A DNA stretch of 64,000 nucleotides, from the NCBI GenBank assembly GCA_964016885.1, contig OZ024751.1, forward strand, positions 10,416,001 to 10,480,000, read 5' to 3'. Shown here in pieces: positions 56,420 through 64,000 of this stretch. This DNA is from Eledone cirrhosa (taxonomy: Eukaryota). Each line of letters begins with the position of its first letter. Position 1 is the stretch's first letter. The notes under the pieces were generated by a model. That model searched no databases. It was given only the letters and a program-made list of their open reading frames with translations, and was not told where the DNA came from. The translations under genes and the position numbers were made by a program.

Positions 56420-56711
56420 CTTTAGCATTCACATTACTCTATATTTACTATTGTATTTTCGCAAAAACAGCTTTATCTCACATAATATTGAATCTACGAT
56501 ATTTTGATATTTATTTTGAAAACAATACAGTAAAATTGGTATAAGCAGTTTGAAAGAGGTGAGAGAAATCTGGCAGGATATGGCCGGTTTAAATGCTAAA
56601 GGGTTAAATATATGACTAAATACAAGTTTTAAAAAAAAAAAGCACTCAATACATGTAGAAGTGATGTCTGAACTAGTATCCTCCACTATTAACTAACTTA
56701 CCCACCGCCTC

Positions 56712-57550
56712 GGTCTCGAACTTAAGTTCTCTTCTCGAGTGGTCTTGGATTTCCTACCTATAGTTGCTTGCACATTGCTCAGTTTGTGGGGGTTTTTTTT
56801 TTCGCTGTTTTGTTACTGTTTCTCTTTTCTTCCCTCCTTCTTTCGTTTTCCCAATGATTTATCCAGTTATTGAGGCCCTGGGGTGAAGTGGTATCTTGTC
56901 TTTAAAGCGTAGAAATATCCTAGACCCCCAGTAGACAACTGATGAGGAACCCCCCCCTCCCTCTGTTCTTGCTTCCTTCGTATTCCCACTGCATTTTAAG
57001 TTACCTTAAATAGCAACTACACAGCCATTTCTATTCTCCGTATATTTCATCATGTTTTTCGCTATGACCATTCTTCTCTCCCCTTCTACCTACCTATTTC
57101 ACTACTTTCTACTCTCACCTCTCTTTCTTCCTCTCCCTTTCTACCAATCTACTCTTACCCCATTTTCTCCCTCTCACTTTCACTTCCTCGTCTGACCGTT
57201 TAGCAGTTCTCTTCTCACTTACAACTGCGGCGATCGGACGTGTGTCTTGTTTCTCTCGATTACTTGGTCTCGAACTTAAGTTCTATTATCGAGTGGTCTT
57301 GGATCTCCTAACTATAGTTGCTCGCACATTGCTCGGTTTGTGTTTTTTTTTTTCCGCTGTTTTGTTACTGTTTCACTTTTCTTCTTTGCTTTCCTTCCCT
57401 CCTTCCTTCGTTTTCCCAATAACTTATCCAGTTATTGATGCCCTGGGGTGAAGTGGTATCTTGTCTTTAAAGCGTAGAAATATCCTAGACCCCCCAGTAG
57501 ACAACTGATGAGGAACCCCCCCTTGTTCTTGCTTTCTTCGTATTCCCACT
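56712..57550 (+). repeat. Tandem direct ~280-bp repeat pair (56712-56990, 57265-57550), Penelope pLTR-like
   Basis: Near-identical copies starting ggtctcgaacttaagttct and containing agacaaCTGATGAggaac. Confidence 0.6.
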
Positions 57551-57930
57551 ATATATATATATGACTGTTAGTCACAAACAGCGAACAGCAGAGGACACGT
57601 ACCGTTCCTCTCCAACAGATAACTCCCCCCCCCCCCCCCCAGTTGATGGATGCGAATCCGAAATATAGGGACAATTAAATCTCTCCCAAGGTAACTCTAT
57701 CTCTTGTTATTATTTTTATTTTTTACGCTCTTTCCTACGTTCCTCTACACACTATACATCTCATTCTACACTTCCTCTTACATCTCCCTCTTCACCACCG
57801 GATTCTGTTAACCGAAGATTTACCCATCTGCATTGTTGAGGCTTCCAAAAGAAAATAAATCTTATTATTCCACAATGCTTCAAGCAAACTTCAATACTCT
57901 CTTATATATATATTTATTCAATATAGAAAT

Positions 57931-57982
57931 GGCTTCTACAGGACTAGAACTATTTCATTCCAAGGAAATCATCAGGAAAGCC
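57931..57982 (-). ncRNA. Minimal hammerhead-ribozyme-like motif (best-formed copy), sense to DSTYK pre-mRNA
   Basis: ggctttc-CTGATGA-t-ttc-cttg-gaa-t-GAAA-tag-ttctagtc-ctg-TA-gaagcc: all core nucleotides present and three stems possible. Confidence 0.6.
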
Positions 57983-58446
57983 CTGTAGAAGCCATTTCTA
58001 TATTAAATATTTATACTGTGCTATGTATTGAGTACTTTACTTACTGTGGTTACCCTTGACTGAACCCGGGATACATATGTATATATATATGGAGGCACAT
58101 GGCTTAGTGGTTAGAGCATTGGGCTTGCAATCGAAAGGTGAGTTCAATTCTCGGACCGGGTGATGAGCAAGACACTTTATTTCACATTGCTCCAGTTTAC
58201 TCAGCTGTAGAAATGAGATGATAGGACTGGGGTCCCTATCATTCCACTGTAAAGTGGACGTGTAGGTGCAATGGAAAAAAAGCACCCAGCACTCACTGTA
58301 AAAGAGGTTGGTGTTAGGAAGGGCATCCAGCTGTAGAAATCAAGCCAGAATCAGTTCCCAGGGAAAAGCGGACGCAAAATGATGATGATGATGATGCATG
58401 TAAAAGGTAAACAGAAATAACAATACAATCGGTACGGTATATGGAA

Positions 58447-58484
<38 letters not shown>

Positions 58485-58904
58485 CTTAACAGACCAGTCT
58501 CTCAGGCGCCAATCGGCGCCGCTGGTCACAGCACGTCGTGCTGTTTTAGCCATAAGATAATGCCATCCCACCGGCTGGGCGGGCAGGCTGGTACTCATTT
58601 CTACAGCTGAGTAAACTGTAAAGGTGCATGGCTTAGTGGTTAGCAAGACACTTTATTTCACGTTGCTCCAGCTTACTCAGCTGTAGATATATTTGTCTGT
58701 TTACCCTAGCGTCCCCTTTATTTACGTGTCCCAACGACTTTTTTTAGCCGTTGCTCGCACCAACCTGAGGTATATGGCCTTTAATGCGACGAAATGCCTA
58801 CGACGATTGGAAGGCCACCGATGAGGACAAACTTTATCATATGTAACCCATTTGCAGCGCCGCAGCTCCATTATTATCACATTTACATTTACACACACAC
58901 ACAC

Positions 58905-58973
<69 letters not shown>

Positions 58974-60099
58974 GCACATGGCTCTTAGTGGTTAGAGCAT
59001 TGGCCTTGAAATCAAAAGGTTGTGAGTTCAATTCTCAGACCGGGTGATGTGTTGTTTCCTTGAGCAAGACACTTTATTTCACATTGCTCCAGTTTACTCA
59101 GCTGTAGAAATGAGATGATAGGGATTGGGGTCCCTATCATTCCACTGCAAAGTGGTCATGGAGGTGCCACGGCAAAAAAGCACCCAGCACTCACTGTAAA
59201 TGAGGTTGGTGTTAGGAAGGGCATCCAGCTGTAGAAATCAAGCCAGCATCAGTTCCTGTCCCACCCTTGCAAGCAGGGAAAAGTGGACGTAAAATGAAAT
59301 GATGATGATGAAATGATGATATATATATATATATATATATAATACTGTAATTAATTATTGTATTGTTTTAATCAATTAAGAAAGGAGCTGGTGCAGTAAT
59401 GCACCAATAGTATTCAGTAATCAGAAGGGAGGCAGGTGTAAAAGCCAAGCTCTTTATTTTCAATTTGGTATTTGTGCCAATCCTTCCTATGGTGATAAAT
59501 CTTGTATAATGACTGAAAGAATACGATCACAAACACAAGCAGCCGAAATGGGGTTCCTCTGAAGGGTCTCTGGAGTAACATTACTCGATAGAGTGCATAG
59601 CTCAGAGATTCAGAGAGTCACTCCAGGGGGAGCCACTATTTCTCCAAATTGAGAGATCACACCTCCAATACCATGGGCATGAGGTTAGAATGTCTCAGGA
59701 AAGATCACTGAACAGATTTTACGGGCAAAACCAACCGGCAGGAGATCCAGGGGTAGACCCTGAGCAAGATGGTTGGATAAGATCCATGAGCTTGGCTGGT
59801 CACGCTTTGGGATCCAGCTGAATCAGTTAAAGACGGTTGCTTCTTACAGACTCGCTGGAAGAAGTGTTTGAGGAGGACTCTGCCCCCCCAATGACACACC
59901 CAAGATTATGTGAGCGAAGAAGAAGAAACAAATAATTAATCTGAACCATTATTGATTTCTTTCTTGTTCATGAGGCCTCATTGTTGTTACAATTATCACA
60001 TTTTCATGTTGGTGTAGAGGTAGGAGAGAGTGGCATAGAGAGAGAAATGAGATGAGAGAGGGAGAGAGACGTTACAAGAAAGTGAGAGAGAGATGAAAC

Positions 60100-60190
<91 letters not shown>

Positions 60191-60740
60191 CACAGACACA
60201 GAGAGAGAGAGAGGAGGGTGACACGATACAGGAAGCAGAGAGAGAGGAAAGAGAAAAAAGAAAGTGTGTGTGTAGACTGTGAAATAGTGAACCTATTTTT
60301 TGATACTTCAATAAAAAAATATTGTGCATCAGAGTGAGTTGTTAAATGTCACTATAAAAGTCCACGAGACGATAACAAGAGGATTTCTGAAAATGCCAAG
60401 TAATTTAGAATTTTATTGTTTTTTAAATATAGGAAATTTTTATTTATAGAAAAATTTATTCAAAGCAATAAGGAAATGAAGAATATAATAAAAAGTAAAA
60501 ATATAATTATCTATTAACGGTTTCTGATTTAGGCACATGGCCAGCAATCTTGGGGAGGGGAAGGGAAGTCAATTAAATTGACCCCAGTGCTTTAGTGGTA
60601 CTTCATTTAATCGACCCTGTAAGGATGAAAGGCAAAGCTAACCTCGACGGAATTTGAACTGAGAACATAAAGGGACGTAACTATGCCACGATACTGCTAA
60701 TCCACCACCCTGTTCATGGAACATACACACATATATATAT

Positions 60741-61642
60741 ACTAGCAGTGGTACCCGGCGTTGCACGGGATAAGGTATTTTGGAACACGAGCCGCCGACA
60801 GACCTAATCGTGGAAAATCTGCATGCCTGGACAATATGTAAAGAAAATAAACCGAATACTCTGATGGCTGGATAATCTTTAAGATTTTCCTCGATGAAGC
60901 AGGAAAAATGCAGGTTTTCACCTAATGCGGGCCCTAGGGGATCAAGAAAATGAATTTTTTTTATGTGCATAATATGCCTTGAAATTTCGTGAAAATTGGC
61001 TAGACGTAATGCTTCCAAAAAGTGCTAAGAAGCTGAAAAACTGAAGTTTTTCACCTAATGCGGGCCCTAGGCCATAAGAAAGTTGGATTTTCTTTGCTTA
61101 TGGTATGAAGAAGAGACTGACTAATACATAGTTAGAATTTCAAGGAAATCGGTCGGACGTAACGCCTTAAAAAAACCCTAAAAATGTTAAACACCACAGT
61201 TTTTCACCTAATGCGGGCCCTAGGAGATTAAAAAAAATTGAATTTTTTTATGTGCATAACACTCCCTGAAACATAAGTAATACACATGTAAAGTTTGAAA
61301 GAAATCAGTAGGGATTCAAACTCACTCTCACACACACACACACACATCCTCAGGGAAGTGATGTAATGCAGACAGCCAGACATACAGAGATATTATAAGA
61401 GTGCAACGTTATAAGTATGTATCTATCTAAAAAGAGAAAAACTAAGAATTATGGAGCAAGATCGCTAAATCGCCTAATGTGGTCCCTGGGACATAGAAAA
61501 TTTGAAATTTCTTTTGCTCAGAACACTCCCTGAAACATAAGTATTATATGTGTAAAGTTTGAAAACAGTCGGTTGGGTGGTTCTCGAGTTTTAGGGATTC
61601 GAACTCACACACACACAGACATCCTCAGTTTTATATATATAG
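60741..61642 (+). mobile_element. Helentron/DINE-1-like non-autonomous element with internal tandem repeats
   Basis: Starts ACTAGCAG-N-ACCCGGCGTTGCACGGG (subterminal palindrome); four ttcacctaatgcgggccctag-type units; ends cacagac...TTTTATATATATAGA in a TA context. Confidence 0.6.
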
Positions 61643-63594
61643 ACTAGCAGCAAAACCACCCACCGGGTGGTTTTCTGCTAGTATATATATATATATTACA
61701 CACACAGAAATGTATATATATTTCTGTGTGTATATATATATATATTACACACACAGAAATGTATATATATTTCTGTGTGTGTATATATATATATATTTTA
61801 CACACACACAGAAATGTATATATGTTTCTGTAGCACTCCTCACCCCCCCCTCCCTCCCGCTATCCCCCTCTTGTAGTCGGTCTCTTTCTTTCACTCTCAC
61901 TCTCTATCTACGCGTGCGCAAAAAACATTCGCACGCGCGCACGTGTTTTAGCATCTATTCACTCTCTCTCCCGCTATCCCCCTCTCGTAGTCTTCTCTTT
62001 CTTTCACTCTCACTCTCTCTCTCTCTACGCGTGCGCAAAAATCATTCGCACGCGCGCACGTGTTTCCACTGTCGGACAGACAGACAGAGAAATTGCTGGT
62101 TATATATTATAAGGAGATTACATATACATATGTAACTATGTATATCATCATCATCATCATCCCCATTATATTTATATATAATATGACCCACACTGTAAAT
62201 GTGGTTGGTGTTAGGAAGGGCATCCAACTGTAGAAAACCTGCCAGACAGTCCTATGCGAGCAAGACAATCACTCTTGCCTCAAGTGGGACTACCCCCGTC
62301 CAAACCCATGCAAGCGTGGAACATGGACGTTAAACGTTGATGATGATGATGATGATGATGGGCCGAAGCCGAAAAAAATTTTGTTTGGCAGCTCTAATTG
62401 CGCCTTAATTTTATTCAAAAAATTGTATACTAACATATTCGAATACCAGGCACTATTGGAATCAACAATAGCAGCGTCCTGAGGGTCATTACAAAACACA
62501 AATTCGCGAGAATTAGTGTTTAAGGCTTGGAAGGTGGTAAAAAAATCCACAAAATCTTCCATTCTTTTAAAAAAAAAATTTATTTTTAATAATATTTAAA
62601 TAACTGGCGGTTTGAAAAAAATATTCCTATGAAATTTTAATCATACCATTAGGTGTGAATAAGGAAATATTTTTTTATTGTCAAAACAAATGTTCAAAAG
62701 TTAAACTTCAATTTTTTGAATTATTTCCAATTTTTTCATGAAATTGAACACTGGACATTGGCTGCTGGAAATGGAAATTAAATCGTATTTAATTGTATTT
62801 AAATTTCTAACCTTATTTTATTATTTATATTTTTTCAATAAGAAATAAAAAAAAAACAACAAAAAAAACGGAAGAAAAAATTGAACAAATCAAACGTAGG
62901 TTATGGAACTGCGCAATCTGATTAATAAATTACCTCATCAGCAGCAACCTTCTTCAAATGGTCCTTATTATCAGCAGCAACAACCACAAATTCAATGGCA
63001 ACCTTCTTCGCATGGTGTCAAGTCAGAACCGCCTTGAACTGGTTACTTCTGGCTTGTGCAAGGTGTCTCTATAGCAACCAGCAATTCCCTCGGCCTCAGT
63101 GACCAAAGTCAGTGGAGAGGGGAAGGTAATGTTTCTGTAGCACGTGTTTTAGCGTCTATTCACTCTCTCTCCCTCTCGCTATCCCCCTCTCGTAGTCTGT
63201 CTCTTTCTTTCACTCTCACTCTCTCTCTACGCACGTGTTTCCACTGTCGGACAGACAGACAGAGAAATTGCTGGTTATATATATAAGTAGATATGAAGGT
63301 AGGCTGAAAAGTTCATAGGCTGACTATGAAGGAATGATGGTTTAAACTACCAAGTCATTCTCGATTGTGAGTGATGGCTGTACTAGTTTTTGGTAGTAAA
63401 TGATATACAAAAAGATGGGATGGATACAACTAGAATGTTTTTGATCATAGGTGAGTTGATTGATGGCAGACCCAGGGTTAAACAACAACAAGGGCACCTC
63501 AACAAGATGGTTTGACTTGCTAGAATGTCTATGGTTATGATATTTGGCAAATGAGAGATAAGTCACTGGATAGATTTTATGGGCAAAAACCAAC

Positions 63595-64000
63595 AGAAGA
63601 AGAAGAAGAACAAAAAGAAGACAAAGAAAAAGAAGACGAAGGAAAAAGAAGACAAAGGAAAAAGAAGACGAAGAAAAAGAAGACGAAGAAAAAGAAGACG
63701 AAGAAAAAGAAGACAAAGAAAAAGAAGACAAAGAAAAAGAAGTCTAAGAAAAAGAAGACGAAGGAAAAAGAAGACGAAGGAAAAAGAAGACAAAGAAAAA
63801 GAAGACGAAGAAAAAGAAGACGAAGAAAAAGAAGACGAAGAAAAAGAAGACGAAGGAAAAAGAAGACGAAGGAAAAAGAAGACGAAGGAAAAAGAAGACG
63901 AAGGAAAAAGAAGACGAAGGAAAAAGAAGACGAAGGAAAAAGAAGACGAAGGAAAAAGAAGACGAAGGAAAAAGAAGACGAAGAAAAAGAAGACGAAGAA
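63595..64000. repeat. 15-16-bp purine minisatellite (GAAAAAGAAGACGAAG)n, runs off window
   Basis: Direct inspection. Confidence 0.95.

Noticed and set aside
62932-63060. Upstream DSTYK exon on the minus strand (GTAAT donor at ~62933, 'KKVA' motif)
   Set aside because: No convincing similarity to the expected DSTYK segment and no good acceptor.
63342-63793. ORFs of 129 and 76 aa
   Set aside because: Translations of the 15-16-bp purine minisatellite.

Overview
Eukaryotic, AT-rich, repeat-dense genomic DNA. The SINE/RTE repertoire suggests an octopod cephalopod (inference). Three spliced genes can be rebuilt with GT-AG introns in consistent phase. ASZ1/GASZ (piRNA pathway, ankyrin + SAM; minus strand, 10 exons, 23221->4438) has its 3' end outside the window. 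NDUFA12 (complex I subunit; plus strand, 4 exons, 23491-29648, 136 aa) is complete and lies head-to-head with ASZ1, with 269 bp between the ATGs. DSTYK (minus strand, last 6 exons, 55707->42043) contributes its kinase half. An intact tRNA-Glu(TTC) sits in an ASZ1 intron. The rest is mostly mobile DNA: a near-intact 5'-truncated RTE LINE with a PHD finger inside its RT, a LINE with twin-priming inversion geometry, Rex3-, CR1- and CRE-like LINE tails, Penelope-like GIY-YIG fragments, piggyBac/hAT/Tc1-mariner MITEs (some nested), Helentron-like elements, SINEs and minisatellites. The most interesting unannotated signals are a dispersed set of minimal hammerhead-ribozyme motifs in short Penelope-like repeats (often as inverted pairs), an HSP70 C-terminal fragment inside a MITE, and orphan ORFs between Helentron-like ends. 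Most short ORFs in the track are microsatellite or repeat artefacts. Family assignments come from remembered motifs, not database searches.
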